DNA of 64,000 nt. It comes from an uncultured delta proteobacterium. Lineage in GTDB: Bacteria; Myxococcota_A; Polyangia; Polyangiales; Polyangiaceae. Where the stretch lies: NCBI GenBank assembly GCA_963782055.1, contig CAWAIF010000003.1, positions 6,560,001-6,624,000 of the forward strand. Direction: 5' to 3'. The notes under the pieces were generated by a model. That model was given only the letters and a program-made list of their open reading frames with translations, searched no databases and was not told the DNA's origin. The position numbers and the translations under genes were made by a program. Of the stretch, positions 19,157 to 28,274 are shown piece after piece (position 1 is the stretch's first letter; every line of letters begins with the position of its first letter).

Positions 19157-20767
19157 ATGCCGAGCGGGTTTCTCGCCGTCGTGCTTCACGCGCACCTGCC
19201 CTTCGTGCGTCACCCGGAGCACAAGCGGCACCTGGAGGAGCGCTGGTTCTACGAGGCGCTCATCGAGTGCTACCTCCCGCTCATCGACGTCTTCGATCGG
19301 CTCGCCGCCGAGCGCATCCCCTTCGCCGTGACGATGAGCCTCACGCCGCCGCTGGCGGCGATGATGAACGACGCGCTGCTGCGCGACCGCTTCGAGGCGC
19401 ACCTCACGCGGATGGAGTCGCTCGCCGACGCCGAGATGAAGCGGCTGTGGGGGGACGCGTCCTTCGCGCCGCTCGCCACCTTCTACCGCGAAGAGCTCGC
19501 GCGCGTGCGAGCGGTGTGGGAGCGCCACGACCGTGACGTGGTGGGCGCCCTGCGCCACCACTGGAACGCGGGCAGCCTGGAGCTCATCGGCTGCTCGGCG
19601 ACGCACTGCTACCTGCCCGGCATGCTCCCCGCGCGTGACGGCATCCGCCCACAGCTCGAGCTCGGCATGCTCGGCTTCGAGTCGATGGTGGGGCGACGGC
19701 CGCTCGGCATCTGGCTTCCGGAGTGCGCGTACCATCCGCAGATCGATCAGGACCTCGCGGACGCGGGCGTGCGCTTCAGCCTGCTCGACACCCACGGCCT
19801 GACACACGCGCGCCCGCAGCCCCCGTTCGGCGAGCACGCGCCGGTCATCTCGCCGTCGGGCGTCGCCTTCTTCGCGCGGGATCAGGAGTCCAGCCGGCAG
19901 GTGTGGTCGCGCCAGGATGGTTACCCGGGCGACGTCTACTACCGGGACTTCTACCGCGACATCGGCTTCGACCTGCCGGAGGAGCACCTCTATGGAGAGG
20001 TGGTGGGCGACGGCAACCGGCTCATGACCGGCATCAAGTACCACCGCATCACGGGCAAGACGGACCACAAGGAGCCGTACATGCCCGGCGTGGCGAAGGA
20101 ACGCGCCTGGGACCACGCCGGCGACTTCGTGCAGAACCGCGCGCGCCAGCTCTCCTGGCTCTCGCACACGATGGGGGGCGTCCCGCCCATCGTCGTCTCG
20201 CCCTACGACGCCGAGCTCTTCGGCCACTGGTGGTACGAGGGCCCGATGTTCCTCGAGGCGATCTTCCGGCGCCTGCCGGAGGTCGCCGCCGACGTGGAGG
20301 CGATCACGCTGCACGACTACCTCCACCGATTCCCGGTGGCGGTGCAGGCTACCCCCGGCGCATCGAGCTGGGGCGCTGGCGGCTACGGCGGGGTGTGGGT
20401 CGGCCCGCACTCCGCCTGGACGTGGCGGCACGTGCACCACGCGACGCGCTACGTGGCATGGCTGGTGCGGGAGCACCGCGCGGCGAGCGGGGAGCGCGGC
20501 CGGGCGCTCGACCAGTGCATCCGCGAGCTGCTCTTGCTGCAGTCGAGCGACTGGAACTTCATCCTCACGACGGGCACGTCCACCGGGTACGCGCTGGCGC
20601 GCGTGCAGGCGCACACCCACCGGCTACGCCGGCTCGGGCACTTCGTGCAGACCGGGGTCATCGAGGGCGACGACGCCGCCTGGCTTGCCGACGTCGTCTC
20701 ACGCGACAACTTCCTGGGCCACCTCGAGGGCGACGCCCTCCGCGCCCCCTTCGACGAGAGAAGCTGA
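19157..20767 (+). CDS. GH57 1,4-alpha-glucan branching enzyme (DUF1957 type)
   Basis: HAHLP, WLPECAY, PYDAELFGHWWYEG and QSSDW motifs. Confidence 0.93.
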   Translation: MPSGFLAVVLHAHLPFVRHPEHKRHLEERWFYEALIECYLPLIDVFDRLAAERIPFAVTMSLTPPLAAMMNDALLRDRFEAHLTRMESLADAEMKRLWGDASFAPLATFYREELARVRAVWERHDRDVVGALRHHWNAGSLELIGCSATHCYLPGMLPARDGIRPQLELGMLGFESMVGRRPLGIWLPECAYHPQIDQDLADAGVRFSLLDTHGLTHARPQPPFGEHAPVISPSGVAFFARDQESSRQVWSRQDGYPGDVYYRDFYRDIGFDLPEEHLYGEVVGDGNRLMTGIKYHRITGKTDHKEPYMPGVAKERAWDHAGDFVQNRARQLSWLSHTMGGVPPIVVSPYDAELFGHWWYEGPMFLEAIFRRLPEVAADVEAITLHDYLHRFPVAVQATPGASSWGAGGYGGVWVGPHSAWTWRHVHHATRYVAWLVREHRAASGERGRALDQCIRELLLLQSSDWNFILTTGTSTGYALARVQAHTHRLRRLGHFVQTGVIEGDDAAWLADVVSRDNFLGHLEGDALRAPFDERS

Positions 20768-20824
20768 CACCCTCCCTCCCCGCGCCGCCCCCCGCCGCCG
20801 TCGCCCTGCCGCCCCCACCCCCCC

Positions 20825-20857
20825 TGTCCCAGGACACCCTTTTTCTGTCCGGGGACA
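20825..20857. promoter_or_regulatory. Tandem palindromic boxes TGTCC-NN-GGACA (candidate enhancer/operator)
   Basis: 20825-20836 and 20846-20857, 21 bp apart. Confidence 0.6.
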
Positions 20858-20920
20858 CCCGTGGATCGTTCGCCGGCAAACGAGCGCCCTGTTTTCCCGG
20901 GAGCGCGTGGGAGGGGGGGG

Positions 20921-20936
20921 TGGCATGAGGCGTGCT
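20921..20936 (+). promoter_or_regulatory. Candidate sigma54 -24/-12 promoter
   Basis: TGGCATG-AGGC-GTGCT matches the TGGCACG-N4-TTGCW spacing. Confidence 0.6.
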
Positions 20937-20948
20937 GAGGAAGGGGGG

Positions 20949-21560
20949 ATGACACCGCTCTTCTTCGGGACCAAGCGCGCTTACTACGCGACGCTGCGTG
21001 TGACGCGCCGGCTTCTCGCTCGCTTCGGGCTCACACCGGCGCGCTTCGACCTGCTGTACGCCCTGTTTCGCGTGCCGCACCACTTCTGTTACCAGAGCGA
21101 TCTGCGCAAGGCGCTCGGGGTCGCGCGGTCGACCATCAGCAAGATGGTGACGTCGCTCCAGGGCATCGGCCTGGTGGAGCGGCTGCCGCCGCTCGAGGAC
21201 ATGCGGCAGGTGGACGTGCAGCTCACGCCGGAGGGGCGCCGTCGCGTCTCGCGAGCGTTCCGCAGCCTCGTGCGCACGGGGCTCATCGATCTGACGACGG
21301 ACTCGGCGCTCACGCCGGACCCGCACCACTGGCCCCACCCGAAGGCGTGCAGCCGCGCCCGCCGGTGGCTGTCGCGGCTGCACAGCCGGCTGCGCAACAC
21401 CTTCGGCGACTTCGCGACCCTGCACGCCGCGGAGGGCGATCCGTACGAGTCGGGGTGGACCTGGCTCGACCTGGTGGACAGGGTCGCGGCGAACAGGCGC
21501 ATCGAGCGGCGCAGGGCGTCCGGCGACCCGTTCGAGTGGCCCGCACCGATGATCGAGTGA
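20949..21560 (+). CDS. MarR-family winged-helix regulator with C-terminal extension
   Basis: GLTPARFDLL...QSDLRKALGVARSTISKMVTSL...GLVER...DMRQVDVQLTPEG. Confidence 0.8.
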   Translation: MTPLFFGTKRAYYATLRVTRRLLARFGLTPARFDLLYALFRVPHHFCYQSDLRKALGVARSTISKMVTSLQGIGLVERLPPLEDMRQVDVQLTPEGRRRVSRAFRSLVRTGLIDLTTDSALTPDPHHWPHPKACSRARRWLSRLHSRLRNTFGDFATLHAAEGDPYESGWTWLDLVDRVAANRRIERRRASGDPFEWPAPMIE

Positions 21561-21671
21561 GCCGCGCCTCCCGATGGCCGCCAGCGGCCCGGCCGCGCCA
21601 ACTCGCGAGCCTCGCGCCATGCCAGGCGCGGGGATCTTGCCGCCCGCGGCATGCTCGGGCATGAACGAGGG

Positions 21672-22565
21672 ATGCGTCTCGAAGGTACCTACACCGCGCT
21701 GGCCACCCCCTTCCTGCCCGCCGCAGACCGGCCCATCGACTGGGCCGCCTTCGACGCCCTGCTCGACGACCAGATCGCCGGCGGTGTGACCGGCGTCGTC
21801 CCCTGCGGCACCACCGGCGAGAGCCCGTCGCTCACCCACCACGAGCAGATGGAGGTGGTGCGGCGCACCCTCGCGAAGGCGAAGGGCAAGGTGCAGGTCA
21901 TCGCGGGCACCGGCTCCAACGCCACGGCCAAGACCATCGAGACCTCCCGCGAGGCGGAGCGCGCGGGCGTGGACGCGGTGATGGTGGTGGTGCCCTACTA
22001 CAACAAGCCCACGCAGGAGGGCCTCTACCGGCACTTCGTCGCCGTGGCGAAGGCGGTGTCCTGCCCGGTCGTCGTCTACAACGTCCCCGGCCGCACCAGC
22101 ATCGACCTCTCCGCCGATACGCTCTCGCGCATCCTGGAGGCCGCGCCCAACGTGGTCTGCACCAAGGAGGCCACCGGCAACGTGCTGCGCGCGCAGGAGC
22201 TGGTGCGCCGCCACGGCGACCGGCTGAGCGTCCTCTCCGGCGACGACGCCCTGACCCTGCCGATGATCGCGTGCGGCGCGAAGGGCGTCATCAGCGTAGC
22301 CTCCAACGTGCTGCCCGGCGCGGTCGCGCGCGCCACGCGCCTCGCGCTGGAGGGCGACCTCGCCGCCGCGCGCAAGGAGCACCAGGCGCTGCTCCCCGTC
22401 TACGAGGCGATGTTCCTGGAGGCGAACCCCGGGCCGGTGAAGGCGGCGCTCGCCCACCGCGGCCTGATGAAGGACGTGGTGCGCGGCCCGCTGGCCGAGG
22501 TGAGCGAGTCCACCCGCAAGGCGGTGATCGCCGCGCTGGAGACTTACGCGCGGAGGAGCGCGTGA
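21672..22565 (+). CDS. dapA: 4-hydroxy-tetrahydrodipicolinate synthase
   Basis: GTTGE, PYYNKP, YNVPGRT, Schiff-base Lys in TKEATG, and SGDD. Confidence 0.97.
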   Translation: MRLEGTYTALATPFLPAADRPIDWAAFDALLDDQIAGGVTGVVPCGTTGESPSLTHHEQMEVVRRTLAKAKGKVQVIAGTGSNATAKTIETSREAERAGVDAVMVVVPYYNKPTQEGLYRHFVAVAKAVSCPVVVYNVPGRTSIDLSADTLSRILEAAPNVVCTKEATGNVLRAQELVRRHGDRLSVLSGDDALTLPMIACGAKGVISVASNVLPGAVARATRLALEGDLAAARKEHQALLPVYEAMFLEANPGPVKAALAHRGLMKDVVRGPLAEVSESTRKAVIAALETYARRSA

Positions 22566-23347
22566 GCGACCTCTCCATCGCCGTCGTGGGCGCGAGCGGC
22601 CGGATGGGCCGCGCCGTCGTGCGGCTGGCGACGGAGGAGGGCATCGCGGTGCGGGCGGCGATCGCCGCCAGCGACGTGGGCCGCGACGCCGGCGAGCTCG
22701 CGGGAGTCGGCCCCATCGGCGTCACGGTGACGGGCCACGTCGGGAGCCTCGTAGCCTGCGACGCGCAGGTCATCGTCGACTTCTCCTCGCCCGACCTGTT
22801 GCCCGACATCGCCGAGGTGGCGGTGCGCGCCGGCACGGCGCTGGTGAGCGGGACCACCGGCGTCGACGCCGACGGGGCCCTCGCCCTGGACGAGGCCGCG
22901 CGCAGCGTGGCCGTGCTCTGGGAGCCCAACATGAGCGTGGGCGTCCACGTCCTGGGCGACCTGCTCCGCCGCGCGGTGGCGCTGCTAGGCGCCGGCTTCG
23001 ACATCGAGATCGTCGAGACCCACCACCGCGCCAAGGTGGACGCGCCGAGCGGCACCGCGAAGCGCCTCGCCGAGATCGCACGGCAGGCGCGCGGGGTCGG
23101 CACCCTCGTCACCGGTCGGGAGGGCAAGCCGGGCGCGCGCAAGGCGCAGGAGATCGGCGTGCTCGCGGTGCGCGGCGGCGACGTCGTGGGCGACCACGTC
23201 GTGCACCTGCTCGGCGCCGGCGAGCGCCTCGAGCTGGTGCACCGCGCCACCAGCCGCGACCTGTTCGCGCGCGGAGCCCTGCGCGCCGCGCGCGCCCTCG
23301 CCGAGCGCCCCGCCGGCCGCTACACCCTCGCCGACGTGATCGGCTGA
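22562..23347 (+). CDS. dapB: 4-hydroxy-tetrahydrodipicolinate reductase
   Basis: GASGRMG, GTTG and ETHHRAKVDAPSGTA; GTGA overlap with dapA. Confidence 0.96.
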   Translation: MSDLSIAVVGASGRMGRAVVRLATEEGIAVRAAIAASDVGRDAGELAGVGPIGVTVTGHVGSLVACDAQVIVDFSSPDLLPDIAEVAVRAGTALVSGTTGVDADGALALDEAARSVAVLWEPNMSVGVHVLGDLLRRAVALLGAGFDIEIVETHHRAKVDAPSGTAKRLAEIARQARGVGTLVTGREGKPGARKAQEIGVLAVRGGDVVGDHVVHLLGAGERLELVHRATSRDLFARGALRAARALAERPAGRYTLADVIG

Positions 23348-24508
23348 TCAGAAGTCGAGCAGGGCAGAGACGCCGCCGCCGGTCGGCCCGAAGGTCGGCG
23401 TGATGTGCCACGAGCCGGCCTTGGGCGGCGGCTGCGGCTCCGAGCCGTGGTCGGTCGCCAGGATGACCACGCCGACGGCGGCCACCCCCACGCCCAGCCC
23501 ACCGAACACCCAGGCGAGGGTGCCCTGCGTCTCGGCGTCGCCCTTGATGTTGCACGCCTTGGTGGCGGAGGGGCCGTAGCTCGGGTTCGCCTTCGCCGCG
23601 TCGCTGCAGACGTCGACGTTGGACGGCACCTGCGAGCGGTACGGGTCGCTGTCCCACTTGCCCGAGGCGTCGGCGTAGCTAGCGCCGAAGACGATGCCCA
23701 CCACGCCGAGGGCCACGCCCACGCCGATGGTGCTAAACCCCACGATCTTCCGGATGGGCAGCGGCTTGGACGGCGGGGTCGGGGTCGTCGTCGCGGCGCC
23801 GAGCTGGAAGGTGACCTCGCTCTGCGCGCCCGCGGTGACGGTGACCGACTGCGGCGAAGCCGGGATGCCCGGCGCCTGCACCTCGAGCTGATGTGTGCCC
23901 GCGATCAGCGTCACCGTCGCGGTGCCGTTGGTCACGACGCCCACGTTGGCGCCGTCGGAGAGCAGCGTGCCGTCGACGTTGGAGTGAACGACCACCGTGC
24001 CCTGCGTGGAGACGCCCGTCAGCTTCTCGAAGATGCCCGCGGCGATGCGCTTGAGCGCCTCGTCGTTCTGGTCCTTCAGGTTGTCGCTGTAGGTCTGCCT
24101 GTCCTCCTGCCCCGGCTTGCCGCGCGTCCAGAGGTGCACGTCGGCGATGACCTGATGCGGCGTCGGCGCCTTGGTGACGGTGCCCCAGAAGAAGTTGTCC
24201 GTCTTGAGCTGATCGCCGATGCGCTGCAGGCACGCGGTGTCCGGCTTGGCCGGGCACTTCAGCGCGGGCAGCAGCATGCTGAGCGACTGGACCGTCTCGG
24301 CGAGCTTGAAGCCCGGCGCGTTGCGGACGCGAGACTTGATCGCCTCGGTGAGCGCCTCGGCCTGGTCCTCGCTCGCCTCGTCGGAGTCGAGCGAGACGAC
24401 GTGCACGCCGCTGGGGCCGGCGGCGTGCGCCATACGCGGGAACAGCAGCAGCGCGCCGAAGAGGGCAAGCGCAAGGGAGAGCAGGGCGGGCTCGCTGAGT
24501 CGCTTCAT
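23348..24508 (-). CDS. PEGA-like domain secreted/membrane protein (myxobacterial type)
   Basis: Signal peptide, a Cys pair, PEGA-like GTHQLEVQAPG and C-terminal Gly-rich hydrophobic hairpins. Confidence 0.7.
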   Translation of the reverse strand: MKRLSEPALLSLALALFGALLLFPRMAHAAGPSGVHVVSLDSDEASEDQAEALTEAIKSRVRNAPGFKLAETVQSLSMLLPALKCPAKPDTACLQRIGDQLKTDNFFWGTVTKAPTPHQVIADVHLWTRGKPGQEDRQTYSDNLKDQNDEALKRIAAGIFEKLTGVSTQGTVVVHSNVDGTLLSDGANVGVVTNGTATVTLIAGTHQLEVQAPGIPASPQSVTVTAGAQSEVTFQLGAATTTPTPPSKPLPIRKIVGFSTIGVGVALGVVGIVFGASYADASGKWDSDPYRSQVPSNVDVCSDAAKANPSYGPSATKACNIKGDAETQGTLAWVFGGLGVGVAAVGVVILATDHGSEPQPPPKAGSWHITPTFGPTGGGVSALLDF

Positions 24509-24571
24509 GACCCGTGAAGGTATCGCGTTCGCCTCAGCCTTCCAACACTCTAGAGCTGCTAGGGTGGGCGG

Positions 24572-25120
24572 GTGCGCATCACCGGCGGCGTGCATCGTTC
24601 CAGGCGGCTCGTCGCGCCGCGCGGCGCCGCCACGCGCCCCACCTCCGACCGCGTGCGCGAGGCCCTCTTCTCCATCCTCGCAGCCCGGGGCAGCCTCTCG
24701 GGGGCGGTGGTGCTGGACCTGTACGCGGGGACCGGGGCGCTCGGCCTCGAGGCGCTCTCGCGCGGAGCGGCGCGGGCGGTCTTCGTGGAGTCCGACCGGG
24801 AGGCGGGGGCCGCGCTGTCGCGCAACCTCGCCGCCCTCGGAGAGGAGGGCCGCGCGCGGGTGATCGACGCGCGGGTGGAGCGGGCGAGCAAGCGGCTCGG
24901 CCCCGATCCGTTCGACCTCGTCCTGACCGACCCCCCCTACGCGATCGTGGCGGAGGCGGCGGAGGCGCTGGCGGGGCTCGTGGCCGGCGCCGCGGTGGCC
25001 GCCGGCGCGACCGTGGTGCTCGAGCACGCCTCGCGCACCCCCGCGCCGGAGGTGCCGGGCCTCACGCTCGATGACACACGCGTCTACGGCGACACGGCTC
25101 TTGCATTCTACACCCATTGA
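24572..25120 (+). CDS. rsmD: 16S rRNA m2G966 methyltransferase
   Basis: MRITGG, RPTSDRVREALF, DLYAGTGALGLEALSRG and DPPY. Confidence 0.95.
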   Translation: MRITGGVHRSRRLVAPRGAATRPTSDRVREALFSILAARGSLSGAVVLDLYAGTGALGLEALSRGAARAVFVESDREAGAALSRNLAALGEEGRARVIDARVERASKRLGPDPFDLVLTDPPYAIVAEAAEALAGLVAGAAVAAGATVVLEHASRTPAPEVPGLTLDDTRVYGDTALAFYTH

Positions 25121-25286
25121 AGGGCACGCGCGCGCGCCCCACCGACGATCCCCCTGCTTTTGCGGCCTGACGCCGCGCCAACCCGGCCGCGAGGACTGTG
25201 TGGCCTTGCGATGCTGACCCTGTATACTCGCCGGTGCTCGCGGCAGTCGCGGCACGCCCCGCGGCGCTCCGGTCCCCTTCCACTCC

Positions 25287-25898
25287 ATGAGCTCTCTCCC
25301 GCCCCCCTCGCAAAAGACGGGCATTCCGCCGTCCGGCGGTAACGGCAAGTACATCGCCGTCGCCGCCATCCTCCTCCTCGGCATCGGCGCCATCGCGTAC
25401 TGGAAGCTACACGCGACGCCCCCGGCTCCCCCGCCGCCCATCCCCATCCCGACCGCCTCGACCGTCGCCGAGAACCCCAAGATCGACGACGTGCCGCCGC
25501 CCCCTCCGGAGCCGGATGGCGGCGAGGACGCCGCGCCCAAGGTGACGGTGGTCCACACCGGCGGCGGCGGCGGCGGGTGCGGCGTCACCGTCTGCAACGG
25601 CAACTCCTCCCCGCAGATGGTGGCTGGCCTGACGATGCTCGCCCGGCAGACCCGCCGCAAGTGCTACGAGCCCGCCCTCGCCAACGACCCGAGCCTCCAG
25701 GGTCACGTCATGGTCAAGCTGAAGATCTCCTCTGGCGGCCAGATCTGCTCGGCGACCGTCCAGAAGAACGACATGGGCAGCTCGCAGGTTGCCGACTGCG
25801 CCGCCCGCATGCTCCTCATCTCCGGACGCGTCCCCCCGCCGAAGGGCGGGTGCGTCAACGTCGACTTCCCCATCAACTACGTCGCCGCGGGTCACTGA
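25287..25898 (+). CDS. TM / Pro-rich linker / AgmX-PglI-C (TonB-C-like) protein
   Basis: CYEPALANDPSLQGHVMVKLKISSGG pattern. Confidence 0.75.
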   Translation: MSSLPPPSQKTGIPPSGGNGKYIAVAAILLLGIGAIAYWKLHATPPAPPPPIPIPTASTVAENPKIDDVPPPPPEPDGGEDAAPKVTVVHTGGGGGGCGVTVCNGNSSPQMVAGLTMLARQTRRKCYEPALANDPSLQGHVMVKLKISSGGQICSATVQKNDMGSSQVADCAARMLLISGRVPPPKGGCVNVDFPINYVAAGH

Positions 25899-25900
25899 CG

Positions 25901-26164
25901 ATGCGTGCCCGCGTCTTGCTATGGGTCTCGGTGGGCGTCGTCGGCGCGGGCGTCGCCCTCGCCACGGCCTGCGTCGACAACGTCACGCCCGATTGCAGCG
26001 GCGTGCAGGGGGACTGCTTCCCCACCTCCGACTCCGGCCCCCTCTCCGACGGCGGCGGGTCGGACGCCACCGACGGCCAGGCGGGCGACGCCTCGACGGA
26101 CGGACCCGCCGAAGCCACGGTCGACGGCGGGACCGACGCCTCGACCGACGCCCCGGCGGAGTGA
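25901..26164 (+). CDS. Small acidic lipoprotein
   Basis: LATAC lipobox and D/G/A-rich tail. Confidence 0.65.
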   Translation: MRARVLLWVSVGVVGAGVALATACVDNVTPDCSGVQGDCFPTSDSGPLSDGGGSDATDGQAGDASTDGPAEATVDGGTDASTDAPAE

Positions 26165-26176
26165 CCCTCGGAAAGG

Positions 26177-27388
26177 ATGCCGTGCCTCGTGGCGACGGAC
26201 GACGACAACAAGCGCGGGAAGCCCGAGTCGGCACCGCCGTCGCGGACCGTGCTGCCCGGGCCGACGACGCCGCGGCGCCCGCGCACCCCCGTGCCGCCGT
26301 CGCCCCGGTCCCCCTTCTCGCAGCGTACTCCGGTGCCGCCGTCGTCGCGCCTGCCGCCCACGCGCCGCCCCTCGTCGATGATGCGCCTGCCCGCCATCGA
26401 CTTCGACGTGGTCAACGCGGCGCGCCGCATCCTGGAGGGCTCCCTCGGGCTGGTGCCTGGCGAGAAGGTGTTCTTGCTGCTCGACCGCGAGCGCGCCGAG
26501 CTGGGCCCGGCGCTCGTGGAGACGGCGCGGTCCGCGGGCGCGCGCTGCGAGATGCTGGTGCTGGAGGACATCGAGCCGCGCCCGGTGCACACCCTGCCGG
26601 AGGCGGTGCGCGCGGCTGTGGGGGACGCGCAGGCCACCGTCATGCTCATCGGCTTCCAGGACGGCGAACAGCCCATGCGGCTGGAGTTCCTGGAGCTGGT
26701 GCGTGACCTGGAGCTGCGCCACGCGCACATGGTCGGCGTCACGCGCCGGTCGATGATCGCCGGCTTCTCGGTGGACCCGTCGCGCATCCTGGACATGACA
26801 CGCGTGGTACGCACGCGCCTGCGTCCGGACTCCGCGCTCAAGCTCCGGACCGGGGCCGGCAGCGACATGTCGGTGACGCTCACGCCGGCGCACCGCTGGG
26901 CCGAGCATGTTGGCGTCATCCGCCCGGGCCGCTGGGAGAACCTGCCTTCCGGCGAGCTCATGACCTCGCCGGCGACGGTGGACGGCGTCTTCGTGTGCGA
27001 CGCGAGCATGGGCGGTCACTTCGGCGCGGCGGCGGGGCTGATGGCCTCCACCCCCGTGCGCCTGGCCATCGAAGCCTCGGTCGTGCGCTCGGTGTCTTGC
27101 CCCGACCGGGGCCTGCAGCGGGAGGTGGAGGCCTTCCTGCGGCGCGAGCTCTACGCCGATCACGTCGGCACCGTCGTGCTGGGCACCAACGTCGGCATTC
27201 TCTCCCCGGTGGGGGAGCTCATCTGCGACCAGAACCTGCCCGGCCTTCACATCGGCCTGGGCACCACCTTCCCGGAGATGACCGGCGCGCCCTTCACCAC
27301 GCGCTCCCAGCTCTCGCTCACCTGCGCCTACTCCGACGTGGATCTGGACGGCGCGCCCCTGCTGCGCTCCGGCCGCTACCTCATCTGA
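26177..27388 (+). CDS. M29 (aminopeptidase T-like) fold protein, probably catalytically degenerate, with a Pro/Ser/Arg-rich N-terminus
   Basis: GEKV, NLPSGE, DGVFVCD, LGTN and HIGLG; several expected metal ligands are substituted. Confidence 0.7.
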   Translation: MPCLVATDDDNKRGKPESAPPSRTVLPGPTTPRRPRTPVPPSPRSPFSQRTPVPPSSRLPPTRRPSSMMRLPAIDFDVVNAARRILEGSLGLVPGEKVFLLLDRERAELGPALVETARSAGARCEMLVLEDIEPRPVHTLPEAVRAAVGDAQATVMLIGFQDGEQPMRLEFLELVRDLELRHAHMVGVTRRSMIAGFSVDPSRILDMTRVVRTRLRPDSALKLRTGAGSDMSVTLTPAHRWAEHVGVIRPGRWENLPSGELMTSPATVDGVFVCDASMGGHFGAAAGLMASTPVRLAIEASVVRSVSCPDRGLQREVEAFLRRELYADHVGTVVLGTNVGILSPVGELICDQNLPGLHIGLGTTFPEMTGAPFTTRSQLSLTCAYSDVDLDGAPLLRSGRYLI

Positions 27389-27464
27389 GAGGATGCGAAT
27401 GAATTCCCCCACGCGGGCCCTCCGCTGTGCGTCGGGCGCGTCCGCGCGCCTTCAGAGGATGTGA

Positions 27465-28274
27465 ATGCGCGAGGGTCCGGGCTCCGAGACGACCTCGGGC
27501 AAGCACGGCGTGCTCCTGACGGTGGCCTACGACGGCACGCCCTTCGCGGGGTGGGCGCCCCAGCGGGACGTACGCACCGTCTCGGACACGGTGCTCGCGG
27601 GTGTCCGGGCGATCGACGCCGGCGTCGCCGGCCTTCGCGGGGCGAGCCGAACCGACGCCGGCGTGCACGCGCGCGGGCAGCTCGCCGCCTTCGACACCGA
27701 CCGCGCGATCGACGCGCGAGGCTGGGTGCTGGCGGTCAACGCCAACCTCCCGGACGAGATCGCCGTCCGGGCCGCGCGGGCGGTGCCGGTCGGCTTCAAC
27801 CCGCGATTCGTCTCGCGAGGCAAACGCTACCGGTACCGGCTGCTGCTGGACCCCGTGCGCGACCCCCTGCTCCGTGCTACCGCGTGGCGGGTGCCCTGGG
27901 CCGTCAATCTCGATCGGATGCGCGCGGAGGCGCGCGACCTCGTGGGGACGCACGACTTCGCCGCGTTTCGCACCTCGCACGACGAGCGAGCATCGACCGA
28001 GCGGACGCTCGCCCGCGTGGACGTGGAGCAAGCGGACGAGCGGGTGGCGGCCATCGTGGTGGTGGGTGACGCCTTCCTCCACAACATGGTGCGGATCCTC
28101 GCCGGCATGCTCGTGGACGTCGGCCGCGGCCAGCTCGAGCTGGGCACGGCCCGGCGCGCCTTCGCGTCGAAGCGCCGCGGAGACCTCGGCGTGACGGCGC
28201 CCGCGCACGGCCTGGTCCTGGAAGAAGCGTTCGTCGATCTCCCGGCGGAGGCGGGGACCCCATGGCCGCCGTGA
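27465..28274 (+). CDS. truA: tRNA pseudouridine(38-40) synthase
   Basis: AYDGT, SRTDAGVHARGQ, GTHDF, FLHNMVR and TAPAHGL. Confidence 0.96.
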   Translation: MREGPGSETTSGKHGVLLTVAYDGTPFAGWAPQRDVRTVSDTVLAGVRAIDAGVAGLRGASRTDAGVHARGQLAAFDTDRAIDARGWVLAVNANLPDEIAVRAARAVPVGFNPRFVSRGKRYRYRLLLDPVRDPLLRATAWRVPWAVNLDRMRAEARDLVGTHDFAAFRTSHDERASTERTLARVDVEQADERVAAIVVVGDAFLHNMVRILAGMLVDVGRGQLELGTARRAFASKRRGDLGVTAPAHGLVLEEAFVDLPAEAGTPWPP

